Source: an uncultured bacterium
GTDB taxonomy: Bacteria > Krumholzibacteriota > Krumholzibacteriia > LZORAL124-64-63
DNA: 64,000 bases
Direction: 5' to 3'
Assembly (NCBI GenBank): GCA_963727525.1
Contig: CAVSGO010000007.1
Location: 2,048,001-2,112,000 of the forward strand
Every line of letters begins with the position of its first letter. Within the stretch, counting starts at the first letter, position 1. Under the pieces are notes generated by a model. The model ran no database searches. It was not told the origin of the DNA and saw nothing but the letters and a program-made list of their open reading frames with translations. Made by a program: the position numbers and the translations under genes. Below are positions 21,590 to 30,774 of this stretch, piece by piece.

Positions 21590-22983
21590 GCGAGACCCTC
21601 GCGCGCGCGTCCCTCGCCATCGTGGGCGGCGGTCCGGGCGGCTACGCCGCGGCGTTCAAGGCCGCCGACCTTGGCCTGGACGTCACCGTGGTCGACATCG
21701 AGGCGAAGCCCGGCGGCGTGTGCCTGCTACGCGGCTGTATCCCGAGCAAAGCGTTGCTGCACGCGGCCAAGCTCGTGCGCGAGACCGAGGAGGCCGGGCG
21801 CATGGGCCTGGCGTTCAAGCCACCGCGCATCGACCTCGCGAAGCTGCGCGGCTGGAAAAACGAGGTCGTGGATACGCTCACCTCCGGACTCGCCGGCAAG
21901 ATGAAGCAGAAGAAGATCCGGTACATCCAGGGGCGTGCGCGGTTGAACGACGCGAACACGCTGCGCATCGACCTGGCCGGGGGCGGCGAGGCGAGCCTGG
22001 CCTTCGACCAGGCCATCCTCGCCACCGGATCCCGCGCGGTGATGCCCCCGTTCGTGCCGCAGGACGCCACACGCATCTCCGGATCCCGTGGCGCCCTCGA
22101 TGTACCGGAGATCCCCGGCACCCTGCTCGTCGTCGGGGGCGGCTACATCGGTCTGGAGATGGGCACGGTGTATGCGGCCCTGGGCAGCAAGGTCACGGTG
22201 GTGGAGATGCTGCCGCAGCTCATGACGGGCGCCGACCGCGACCTCGTGTCCGTACTCAAACGCCGCCTCGACGGGCAGTTCGCCGAGATCTTGCTGCGGA
22301 CGAAGGTGCAGGCGCTGAAGGAGCAGAAGAACGGCGTCAAGGTGACGCTCGCCGACAAGGACGGCGCCGAGAGCACGCGCCTCTTCGAACGCGTCCTCGT
22401 CTCGGTAGGCCGCCGCCCCAATAGCGACGACATCGGCCTCGACACCGCCGGCGTCCAGACGAACGAGCAGGGCTTCGTCACGGTCGACGCGTTGCGCCGC
22501 ACGAGCGTGCCGCACATCCTGGCCATCGGCGACCTCACCGGCCAGCCCATGCTCGCGCACAAGGCATCGCACGAGGGGCAGGTGGCCGCCGAGGTCGCCG
22601 CCGGCCGCAAGTCCGCCTTCGAACCCCGCGCCATCCCGGCGGTGTGTTTCACCGATCCCGAGATCGCCTGGTGCGGACTCACCGAGACCGAGGCCAGGGA
22701 CGCCGGCCGCAAGGTCAAGACGGTGAAGATTCCCTGGCGCAGCATCGGCCGCACCCTCACCCTCGGCCGCGACGACGGCATGACCAAGCTCATCGTGGAT
22801 CCCGAGACGGACCGCGTGCTCGGCGTGGGCCTGGCCGGCCCTGGCGCGGGCGAACTGATCGCCGAGGGCGTCCTCGCCATCGAGATGGCCGCCACCAGCC
22901 GCGACCTGCGGCTGACCATCCACGCGCACCCGACGCTCTCGGAGTCGATCATGGAGGCGGCGGAGGGCTTCTACGAGCCCTGA
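21586..22983 (+). CDS. lpdA: Dihydrolipoamide dehydrogenase E3
   Basis: ATGA overlap with aceF; GGGPGGY, GGVCLLRGCIPSK, GGGYIGLE, HAHPTLSE. Confidence 0.96.
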   Translation: MSETLARASLAIVGGGPGGYAAAFKAADLGLDVTVVDIEAKPGGVCLLRGCIPSKALLHAAKLVRETEEAGRMGLAFKPPRIDLAKLRGWKNEVVDTLTSGLAGKMKQKKIRYIQGRARLNDANTLRIDLAGGGEASLAFDQAILATGSRAVMPPFVPQDATRISGSRGALDVPEIPGTLLVVGGGYIGLEMGTVYAALGSKVTVVEMLPQLMTGADRDLVSVLKRRLDGQFAEILLRTKVQALKEQKNGVKVTLADKDGAESTRLFERVLVSVGRRPNSDDIGLDTAGVQTNEQGFVTVDALRRTSVPHILAIGDLTGQPMLAHKASHEGQVAAEVAAGRKSAFEPRAIPAVCFTDPEIAWCGLTETEARDAGRKVKTVKIPWRSIGRTLTLGRDDGMTKLIVDPETDRVLGVGLAGPGAGELIAEGVLAIEMAATSRDLRLTIHAHPTLSESIMEAAEGFYEP

Positions 22984-23001
22984 TGCGTGACGGCGGGGGC
23001 G

Positions 23002-26000
23002 TCACGCGCGCTCCCGCCGCTCCTCCACCCAGCCGTAGAGCACCGGCATCACGACCAGCGTCAGCAGCGTGCTGGTGACCAATCCGCCCATCACCACCAC
23101 CGCCAACGGTTTCTGGATATCGGCGCCGCTGCCGGTCGCGAAGAGCATCGGCAGGTGGCCGATGAAGCTGGTGAGCGCGGTCATCAGGAGCGGGCGAAAA
23201 CGCAGGTCGCAACCGGTGGCGACGGTGTCGCCCACCGCGAGTCCGCGCGCGCGAAGCTGGCGGAAGAACGCCATCAGCACCACGCCGTTCTGCACGGCCA
23301 CCCCCAGGAGCACGATGAACGCCACCGCGGCCGACACGGAGAGCGGCATGCGCGTGGCCACAATTGCCAGTACGCCGCCCACGAGCGCGAACGGCAGGTT
23401 CACGAGCACGAGAATCGACGCCCTCAATGTGCCGAGGGCCAGGAAGAGCAGCACCATGATCAGCACCAGCGCCACCGGCACCACGATGGCGAGTTGCCGC
23501 ATCGCGCGCTGCTGGTTCTCGAACTGGCCCCCGTACGTCACGAGCGTGCCGGTCGGCAAATCGGCCAGCAGCGGCGTCAGACGCTCGCGAGCCTCGGCCA
23601 CGAAGCCACCGAGATCCCGGCCTCGCACGTTCGCCTCCACGACCACGCGGCGCATGCCATTCTCGCGGCTGATCTGGGCCGGCGCCTCCACCATCCGGAA
23701 GTCGGCAAGCTGCGCCAGTGGTACGCGCTGTCCGTCGGGAGCCGCCACCAGGATGCGCTGCAGCGCGTCCACGTCGTCGCGCGCATGCTCCGGATACCGC
23801 ACCGTCACCGCGAAGCGCCGGTCGCCCTCGATGACCCTGGTCACCTCGCGGCCTGCCGCAGCGATCTCGATGGTGTCGTTGATCAGCCCCACGCCGATGC
23901 CGTACCGTGCGGCGGCCTCGCGATCGATCACCACGTCGAGCTGCGCCATGCCCGTCACTTGCTCCACCTTCACGTCGCGCGCGCCCGGCACAGCGGACAG
24001 CGCGGCCGCCGCACGGTCGGCCGCTGCCTTCACAACTCCGAGGTCGCTACCGAAGATCTTCACGGCGAGGTCGCTCTTCACGCCCGAGATCAGCTCGTTC
24101 ACGCGCAGGGCGATGGGCTGCGAGAACGAGAAGCGCAGGCCGGGAATCTGCGCCAGGTCGGCCTGGATGGCCTCCACGAGCGCGGCCCGGCTGCGGCCGC
24201 GGCCCCAGCCACGATGCGGCTTCAGCGTCACGATGACGTCGGTCTGCTCTGGCCCCATGGGGTCCTCACTGATCTCCGCCTGGCCCGTCTTGCTCACCAC
24301 CGTGTCCACCTCGGGGAAGGCGCGCAGCCGCGTCTCGAGGTACGTGGCCACCGCCACCGCGCCTGGCAGCGATGCGCTGGGCAGCCGCACGACGTTGATG
24401 GCGAGTGCTCCCTCGTCGAGCGGCGGCATGAACTCCGTGCCCAGCCCGGGCACCAGCGCCGCACCGAGGGCGAGCACGGCCGCGGCCGCCGCGAGCGTCC
24501 ACCCGCGCCGGCGCTGCGCTCGCGCGAGGAGATCGCGATAGCCGGCATGGAGCCGACGCACGGCGCCGAACTCACGCTCGGGCGCCCGTCGCAAAATGAG
24601 GTCGGCGAGCACCGGAACCACCGTCAGCGCCAGCACGAGCGAGGCGAGCAGGGCGATGAGCATGGTCAGCGCCAGTGGCGCGAACATCTTGCCTTCCACG
24701 CCCTGCAGCGTGAAGAGCGGCACGAGCGTGATGACGACGATCAGCAGCGAGAAGGCCACCGGTTGCGCCACCTCGGCCACGGCCGCGGCGATCACGGCTC
24801 GGCGCGGCCGCTCGGGTTCGGCGCGTGCCAGATGCCGACGTACGTTCTCCACCACCACGATCGACGCGTCCACGACCATGCCCACCGAGAACGCCAGGCC
24901 GCCGAGGCTCATCAGGTTCGACGTGAGACCCACCGCCCCCATCACGAGGAAGGTGGCCAGGAACGTCAGCGGCAGGGAGCACACAACGATGAGCGCGGTG
25001 CGTAGCTCGGCCACGAAGAGGAAGAGCACCAGGATCACGAGCAGGCCGCCCTCGAGCAGCGCGTGCATCACCGTATCGATGCAGGCCTGGATGAGCGACG
25101 TGCGGTCATAGAACACCTCGAGGCGCACACCGTCGGGCAACGTACCGCGCACCTGCACCACGGCGTCTTTGACGCGCGACACCACGTCGCGCGAGTTCTC
25201 TCCCTTGAGCATGATGATCATACCGGCCACGACTTCGCCGCCGCCGTCACGCGTCACGGCACCCTGGCGCGGCTCGGCGCCGATCACCACGTCAGCCACG
25301 TCGCGCACGTAGACCGGTACACCGTCGTGGGCGACGAGTACGATACGCTCGATGTCCTGCACGTCGCCCAGCAGCCCCACTCCGCGCAGGTACACCTGCT
25401 CCCATCCGCGCACGAGCACGCCGCCGGCCGCATTGCCATTGCTGCGCTCGATGGCCTCGGCCACGTCGGCGGCCGTGAGGCCGTGCGCCAGCAGACGCCG
25501 GGGATCCAGACGCACCTGGTACTGCTTCACCCGGCCGCCGAAGCTGTTCACCTCGTTCACGCCGACGACGGGCTTCAAGAGTGGCGCCACGAGCCAGTCC
25601 TGGAGCGTGCGCAGCTCCATGGCGTCGACATCGTCGCTCTCCAGCGTGTACTGGAAGATCTCGCCGAGGCCCGTGCTCACGGGACCCAGGGCGGGGGCGA
25701 GTCCCGGCGGCAGATCGTCGCGCACCGTGGCCAGGCGCTCGAAGACGAGCTGGCGCGACCAGTAGGTGTCGGTGCCGTCGGCGAAGACGATCACCACCTG
25801 CGAGAGTCCCGAGCGCGAGAGCGACCGCACCTGAATCACCCGCGGCAGACCGCGCATGACCTGCTCGATCGGATAACTCACGCGTTGCTCCACATCCACG
25901 GCCGCCAGCCCGGGGGCTGGGGTCAGCACCATCACCTGGGTGGTGGTCACGTCGGGAAAGGCATCGATCGGCAGCCGTGTCCAGGCCACGAGGCCGGCCG

Positions 26001-26061
26001 CGACGAGGCCGACCGTCATCAGCACCACCAGCAGGCGATTGCGCAGAAGCCAGTGCGTCAT
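23002..26061 (-). CDS. CusA/CzcA-family heavy-metal RND transporter
   Basis: LPIDAFPDVT, LGPVSTGLGEI, NLMSLGGL..GMVVDASIVVVEN, EGKMFAPLA, EFMPPLDEG, RFRPLLMTA. Confidence 0.95.
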   Translation of the reverse strand: MTHWLLRNRLLVVLMTVGLVAAGLVAWTRLPIDAFPDVTTTQVMVLTPAPGLAAVDVEQRVSYPIEQVMRGLPRVIQVRSLSRSGLSQVVIVFADGTDTYWSRQLVFERLATVRDDLPPGLAPALGPVSTGLGEIFQYTLESDDVDAMELRTLQDWLVAPLLKPVVGVNEVNSFGGRVKQYQVRLDPRRLLAHGLTAADVAEAIERSNGNAAGGVLVRGWEQVYLRGVGLLGDVQDIERIVLVAHDGVPVYVRDVADVVIGAEPRQGAVTRDGGGEVVAGMIIMLKGENSRDVVSRVKDAVVQVRGTLPDGVRLEVFYDRTSLIQACIDTVMHALLEGGLLVILVLFLFVAELRTALIVVCSLPLTFLATFLVMGAVGLTSNLMSLGGLAFSVGMVVDASIVVVENVRRHLARAEPERPRRAVIAAAVAEVAQPVAFSLLIVVITLVPLFTLQGVEGKMFAPLALTMLIALLASLVLALTVVPVLADLILRRAPEREFGAVRRLHAGYRDLLARAQRRRGWTLAAAAAVLALGAALVPGLGTEFMPPLDEGALAINVVRLPSASLPGAVAVATYLETRLRAFPEVDTVVSKTGQAEISEDPMGPEQTDVIVTLKPHRGWGRGRSRAALVEAIQADLAQIPGLRFSFSQPIALRVNELISGVKSDLAVKIFGSDLGVVKAAADRAAAALSAVPGARDVKVEQVTGMAQLDVVIDREAAARYGIGVGLINDTIEIAAAGREVTRVIEGDRRFAVTVRYPEHARDDVDALQRILVAAPDGQRVPLAQLADFRMVEAPAQISRENGMRRVVVEANVRGRDLGGFVAEARERLTPLLADLPTGTLVTYGGQFENQQRAMRQLAIVVPVALVLIMVLLFLALGTLRASILVLVNLPFALVGGVLAIVATRMPLSVSAAVAFIVLLGVAVQNGVVLMAFFRQLRARGLAVGDTVATGCDLRFRPLLMTALTSFIGHLPMLFATGSGADIQKPLAVVVMGGLVTSTLLTLVVMPVLYGWVEERRERA

Positions 26062-26072
26062 GGCCCGCCCCC

Positions 26073-27365
26073 TCAGTCCGCGCAGCCGGCGCCCATCTTG
26101 GCGCGCAGCACGTCCGATTTCAGCAGGAAGGCGCCGTCTGCCACGAGGGTCTCGTCGCCCGCGAGCCCCGCGCGGATCTCCACGCGGTCCTGCCAGGTTT
26201 CTCCCGTCTCGACGGACCGGCGCACGAAGTAGTCGCCGTGGTGGTGCACGAAAACGAAGGCGCGTCCCTCGTCCTGCAGCACGGCGGTGCGCGGCAACAC
26301 GAGGGTATCGCCGCCGGTGGGCAGTTGCAGCGCAACCGTCGCGAACATGCCGGCCAGCAGCCGGCCCTCGGGATTGTCCACCGCCACCCGCAGGCGGGCG
26401 GTACGCGTGGCCTCCACCATCACCGGGGCGATGAAGTCGACCACCCCCGCGAACACCGCATCGGGATAGGCTGTCACGGTGACATTGGCGTCGAGCGTGC
26501 CAGCCGCGCGCGCGGCCATCACGCGCGCAAGGTCGCGTTCGTACACGTCGGCCCACACCCAGACCGCGCCGTGGTCGCCCACGGTGGCGACACTCTCGCC
26601 ATCCGCCGCCACCTCGCCCGGCACCGCGTGCAGCGTGAGCACCGTGCCGGCCTGAGGTGCGCGCAGAACGAGGCGGCCGAGGCCATCCGCGCCTGCCGCC
26701 GCCGTGTCGGACACGCCGAGCCCGAGTTGCCGCAGACGCGCGCGCGACGTCTCGTCGCGGATACCTGCGGCGGCGAGGGCCTGCTGCGCCTCGAGATAGT
26801 CCTTCCGCGCCCCGATCCCGCGCTCGTGCAGGCGTTCGGCGCGTTCCCAGGTTCGACGCGCCAGCTCCAGGGCCGACCAGGCCTGGCGCGCCTCGCTCTG
26901 CGCCTCGCCGACGGTTGCGCTTGCCAGCGTCACCAGCGGCGCGCCCGCGGTCACGCGGTCGCCGAGGACCACGTGAACATCCCGCACGATGCCGTCCACC
27001 GGCGCGCGCACGTGGCTCACGCGGCGCTCGTCGAGCTGCACCTCGCCGGTGAGCGCGAGCGACCGTCGGACGGATTCGCGTCGCACCGTCGTGCGCCGCA
27101 ACAGGCCGCCGTCGAAGAGGCTGGCCGGCGCGCACACGACACCCACCTCGTAGCGGCACTCGTCGCAGGTATGGGTCGGCACGCCGTGCTCGCAGATGGC
27201 TGCGAAGAGCGCATCGACGGGGCGATCGAGATCCGAGACCTCCGCGGTCCCGGCGAGATCGTGGTCGTGCGAGTCGCTCTCCGCGCGGGCGGCGCGCTCG
27301 CGCTCACACCCCATGGTGGCCAGAAGCAGGGGAATGATCAGCCAGGCGGGACGGATGGTCGTCAT
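26073..27365 (-). CDS. RND periplasmic adaptor (CzcB-like) with N-terminal Cys/His motif
   Basis: Lipoprotein-like signal (MGC), barrel-sandwich hybrid, TRTARLRV..NP..RLLAGMF; C-terminal KMGAGCAD. Confidence 0.92.
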   Translation of the reverse strand: MTTIRPAWLIIPLLLATMGCERERAARAESDSHDHDLAGTAEVSDLDRPVDALFAAICEHGVPTHTCDECRYEVGVVCAPASLFDGGLLRRTTVRRESVRRSLALTGEVQLDERRVSHVRAPVDGIVRDVHVVLGDRVTAGAPLVTLASATVGEAQSEARQAWSALELARRTWERAERLHERGIGARKDYLEAQQALAAAGIRDETSRARLRQLGLGVSDTAAAGADGLGRLVLRAPQAGTVLTLHAVPGEVAADGESVATVGDHGAVWVWADVYERDLARVMAARAAGTLDANVTVTAYPDAVFAGVVDFIAPVMVEATRTARLRVAVDNPEGRLLAGMFATVALQLPTGGDTLVLPRTAVLQDEGRAFVFVHHHGDYFVRRSVETGETWQDRVEIRAGLAGDETLVADGAFLLKSDVLRAKMGAGCAD

Positions 27366-28585
27366 GGCTTCAACTCCTCGACGGCCGGCGGCGCCGGCAG
27401 GGGATCCACGCCGGCGGCGGTCGCCAGATCGAGAGCGGCGACAGCGGCGGCGTAGCGTAGGTCGGTGAGAACAGCGCGGGCGTCGAGGACCTCGCGCTGG
27501 ATGAGGAGCACCTGCTCGAGCCCGGACTCGCCGAGCTCGTAGCTGGCTCGGGCGAGCTCGGCACAGTGCGCGGCGGTGATCTCCGTGTCGGCCGCGAGGG
27601 CCGCCTGCAGGTTGGCGCGGCGTTGCCAGGCGGCGCGCACGCGCGCGGCGGCCGCGTGGCGCGCCGCGGCCAGTTCCGCCGCGAGGGCCGCTGCTTCGGC
27701 CTCGGCCGCCCGCGCCGTCGCTGCGGCCCGCCCCGTCACCGGCAGTGAGAGCGCGAGCCCCACACGCGCGATGTCCGTCGCCTCCTCCCGTGCGTACCCG
27801 GCCATGACGTCGATCCGCGGCCACCGGCCGGCACGCGCAAGCCCGGCCCGGGCCAGGGCGGCCTCCCGCCGTGCGGCCAGCAACGTGACATCGGCTCTCT
27901 GACTCGCCGCCGTCTCCAGTTCGGTCAACGAGCCTGTCACCGGCCACGTCAGCGGCCCCGCCACACGCGGCAGCGCGTCGAGGGCCAGGAGATCGGCAAG
28001 GGTGCCGGTCGCCGTCACCAGCCGCGATCCGGCGAGCGCGAGCGCGGCGCGCTGCCGCTCCAGCGACACCGCCGCCAGCTGGGTTTCCAGCGCGCCCGCG
28101 TCGCCGGCGTCCTCTCGCTCCCGCGCCATCGCGAGCAGGTGCTCATGCAACGCCACGGCCTCGGTGGCGAGGTCGCGATCGGCCGTGGCCCGCAAGGCGT
28201 CGAGGTAGAGGCGCCCCGCCAGGGCCAGCGCGTCCGCGGTGGCGGCACCGACCGTCGCAGTGGCCGCGCGCGCACTCGCCGTGGCTGCCGCGATGCGCGG
28301 CCCGCGCCCGGGGAGATCGAGTGGCTGCGCAAGCGTGGCCTCGCGATCCCAGCCGTCGCCGCTGCGGCGGCCGAACACGAGGTCGAGCACGGGATCGTCG
28401 GGCCAGCCGCGGGCGGCCGCCAGCGTGGCCGACGCGGCCTCCTCGCGTGCGCGCGCCGCCGTGATGGACGCAGCGCGCTCACGCGCGAGGCACAGTACGC
28501 GGGCGCGGTCGAGCGTGTCAGCACCGCGGGCGTCGGATACGACGCTCAACGCGAGACACAGGATCGGTACGATGATCCGGAACAT
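27362..28585 (-). CDS. TolC/CzcC-family outer membrane efflux protein
   Basis: Signal peptide, long Ala-rich helices, YELGE..LEQVLL..REVLDAR; 4-nt overlap with adaptor gene. Confidence 0.88.
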   Translation of the reverse strand: MFRIIVPILCLALSVVSDARGADTLDRARVLCLARERAASITAARAREEAASATLAAARGWPDDPVLDLVFGRRSGDGWDREATLAQPLDLPGRGPRIAAATASARAATATVGAATADALALAGRLYLDALRATADRDLATEAVALHEHLLAMAREREDAGDAGALETQLAAVSLERQRAALALAGSRLVTATGTLADLLALDALPRVAGPLTWPVTGSLTELETAASQRADVTLLAARREAALARAGLARAGRWPRIDVMAGYAREEATDIARVGLALSLPVTGRAAATARAAEAEAAALAAELAAARHAAAARVRAAWQRRANLQAALAADTEITAAHCAELARASYELGESGLEQVLLIQREVLDARAVLTDLRYAAAVAALDLATAAGVDPLPAPPAVEELKP

Positions 28586-28590
28586 GGCAG

Positions 28591-28662
28591 TCCCCAGGTC
28601 TCGAGACGGGTGGGCGCACGGACCGGTATGGCCGCGCGGCCGGGGTCACGTCCGAGATGGGA
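28591..28662 (-). promoter_or_regulatory. Hairpin predicted to sequester the czcC Shine-Dalgarno
   Basis: mRNA UCCCAUCUCGGACG right after the leader stop pairs with CGUCUCGAGACCUGGGGA, which ends 5 nt before the czcC AUG. Confidence 0.55.
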
Positions 28663-29016
28663 TCAGATGCGCAGGACGGTCGTGCGTGGAGGCGGCGGAG
28701 GTGCCACGGATGGGGACTCGAGCGTGGCGCCCCTATCGAGACCGGGTTCCACAGTGCAGCCGAATGGCGAGGGCAAGATTGGCGAGGCCAGCGGACCGGG
28801 CGCCGTCATCGTTGCGGCAACCACGCGGGCCGCGTCGGCACCGGTGCCGTCGAACGCGCAGCAGGGGCAGGCTGCGTCCGGAGCGTCGGGCGCGCACGGT
28901 GTCTCGCAGCACATGGGATCGCAGCCACCCGCCATGGCGGGCGCCGCCAGGCCCAGCAGGAGGGCCAGCACGAATCCGTGGGTCAACACGTTGCATGTCG
29001 TGTGGCGTGTGAACAT
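28663..29016 (-). CDS. Small exported Cys-rich protein with Pro-rich tail (DUF2946/CutF-like leader)
   Basis: Signal-like GFVLALLLGLAAPAMA; CDPMCC..C, CPCC; ends PPPPRTTVLRI; directly upstream of czcCBA. Confidence 0.65.
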   Translation of the reverse strand: MFTRHTTCNVLTHGFVLALLLGLAAPAMAGGCDPMCCETPCAPDAPDAACPCCAFDGTGADAARVVAATMTAPGPLASPILPSPFGCTVEPGLDRGATLESPSVAPPPPPRTTVLRI

Positions 29017-29066
29017 GATCCGCGCAAGATACGATCCGCGCCGCGACCTCGCCAGGACCGATCTCG

Positions 29067-29711
29067 TCATCGCAGTTCGAACCGGTAGGGCAGCGCGACC
29101 CACGCGTCGGTCGGCTCACCGGCCTTCAGTCCCGGTGCGAAGCGGCAGCGACGGGCCGCGGCCATGGCCGCGCGGTCGAGCAACGGGTGCACCCCCTTGA
29201 CGAGGGCCACATCGCGCACCGAACCGTCGGCGGCCACCAGGACCTTCACGGTGACGACTCCTTCCAGCGCCATCTGCCGGGCGATCTCGGGATACTCGGC
29301 GTCGGCCCGGTAGGTGACGACGGGGGCGCGTGTGGCCGCCAGGGCCGTGACCGCAGCGGGCGGCGCGGGCGTCCAGGCGGTCACGGGAACCGGCAGCAGG
29401 TCTTCGAAGTCAGGCACCGTCTCCACGGTCGCCTCGTCATCAGGCGCGGCGGTCACGGTCTTGGGGGCGGCGATCACGGCCACCGGGGGCGACTCCACCG
29501 CCATGTCCACGGCCTCGAGCCGCGCGTCGATCACCTCGAGTTCGTCGTGCGGCAGCCGGTACGGCTGCGGCTGGAACTCCGGCAGCATCCACCACACCAG
29601 CGCGACGATGCCGAGCGCGCCGAGCAGGGCCCAGCGCAGGGTGCGTCCGTAGGAGAGCTTGAAGCGATCGTTCTGGGTGAGGGTCATGGCCTGGTCGACC
29701 GCGGGCGTCAC
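29067..29711 (-). CDS. Energy transducer TonB family protein (TM + Pro-rich linker + TonB_C)
   Basis: YPEIARQMALEGVVTVKVLVAADGSV..LDRAA..RFAPG; GGAGG RBS before GTG 29711. Confidence 0.85.
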   Translation of the reverse strand: MTPAVDQAMTLTQNDRFKLSYGRTLRWALLGALGIVALVWWMLPEFQPQPYRLPHDELEVIDARLEAVDMAVESPPVAVIAAPKTVTAAPDDEATVETVPDFEDLLPVPVTAWTPAPPAAVTALAATRAPVVTYRADAEYPEIARQMALEGVVTVKVLVAADGSVRDVALVKGVHPLLDRAAMAAARRCRFAPGLKAGEPTDAWVALPYRFELR

Positions 29712-29861
29712 AACGTCCTCCACCCGGCGGCGTCCATCGAGGAGCCGGCAGCCGTGAAAGGGAGGAGACACCTCCGGCGAGGGTGCCCCCACGGCCGCCG
29801 GTCCCGGATCACGTTCGGGAGGCATCGTGTTTCCGTCAAGGGGTCGCCGCCGCGGGCGCCT

Positions 29862-30752
29862 TCATCGGACCTGGACGACCCGCCAGCCTCGAGCGGCCAG
29901 CAACTTCGGGATGCCCCGTTCGCCCACGAGATGGCCCGCCCCCACCACCACGAACCACGAGTTCCTGGCCGCACCGGCGCGGCGATCGAGCATCGCGGTC
30001 ATCGCCTCGTTTCGCCTGTCGATCACCCGCTCATGGTAGTCGACGAGACGGGGATCGTCGAGCCACTGGTCGTTGACGAGCCGCGCGATGGCCGCGGGGT
30101 CGCCCTGCCGCCACGCCGTGAGCATGCTGTCGATCACTGCCGGCGTCTCCTGCTGTTCGAGACTCTCCTCGAGGAGCAGCTCGCCCACTGCCGCATCCTG
30201 TCCCAGGAGCAGATCGATTTGCTGGGCCACCGTCTCCAGGTCCACGATCGGCTTGTGCTGCGCGTGGGCCTGCTCGAGCACGTGGCGGTCGATGCCCTGA
30301 TCGGGATCGAGGCCCTGCTGCTGCAGTTGCAGCGCCATGATCGTGACCGCGGCCAGGGCCGGTCGCATGCGCTCGACGAGAGAGACCGGCACCTGCAACG
30401 TGTCGACCGCCGCGGCCACGGCGCGCCAGGTATCGTCGCTCACGTGGTCACGCAGCGTCTCACCGGCCGGGTAGGTGCCTTTCTGCATGGACAGGAGCGC
30501 CGCCTGCCCGGCCTTGATGGGGTCGGTCATGTTGATCTCGCAGGCCACGGTGTCGGCCGCGGCGAGTGCGCTCTCGATGCGGTTGTCCAGGGGGAAGAAG
30601 TCGTCGCTGCCCACGTGCACGCTTCCCAGGAGCCAGATGCGCGCGCCATCGCGCTCGGCGCGCCAGAGGAACAGGGGGTCGTCGCCCGCGCGCGCCGGCG
30701 GCGCTGTCGCCAGCGCCGCCAGCGTTCCGAGCAGCAGTACGTTCACACGCAT
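29862..30752 (-). CDS. TraB/GumN (TIKI) family protein
   Basis: Signal peptide; WLLGSVHV, GID, LETVAQQ, RRNEAM, VVVGAGHLVG. Confidence 0.9.
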   Translation of the reverse strand: MRVNVLLLGTLAALATAPPARAGDDPLFLWRAERDGARIWLLGSVHVGSDDFFPLDNRIESALAAADTVACEINMTDPIKAGQAALLSMQKGTYPAGETLRDHVSDDTWRAVAAAVDTLQVPVSLVERMRPALAAVTIMALQLQQQGLDPDQGIDRHVLEQAHAQHKPIVDLETVAQQIDLLLGQDAAVGELLLEESLEQQETPAVIDSMLTAWRQGDPAAIARLVNDQWLDDPRLVDYHERVIDRRNEAMTAMLDRRAGAARNSWFVVVGAGHLVGERGIPKLLAARGWRVVQVR

Positions 30753-30774
30753 CGTCGCATCCTCTGCTGCGACC

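Noticed and set aside
23002-27947. Apparent 1385-aa CzcA and 624-aa adaptor from the ORF track
   Set aside because: Upstream extensions overlap neighbouring genes in other frames; plausible starts are 26061 and 27365
29862-30752. TraB as a sign of a conjugative element
   Set aside because: TraB/GumN (TIKI) protease-like family; no relaxase, T4SS or integrase nearby
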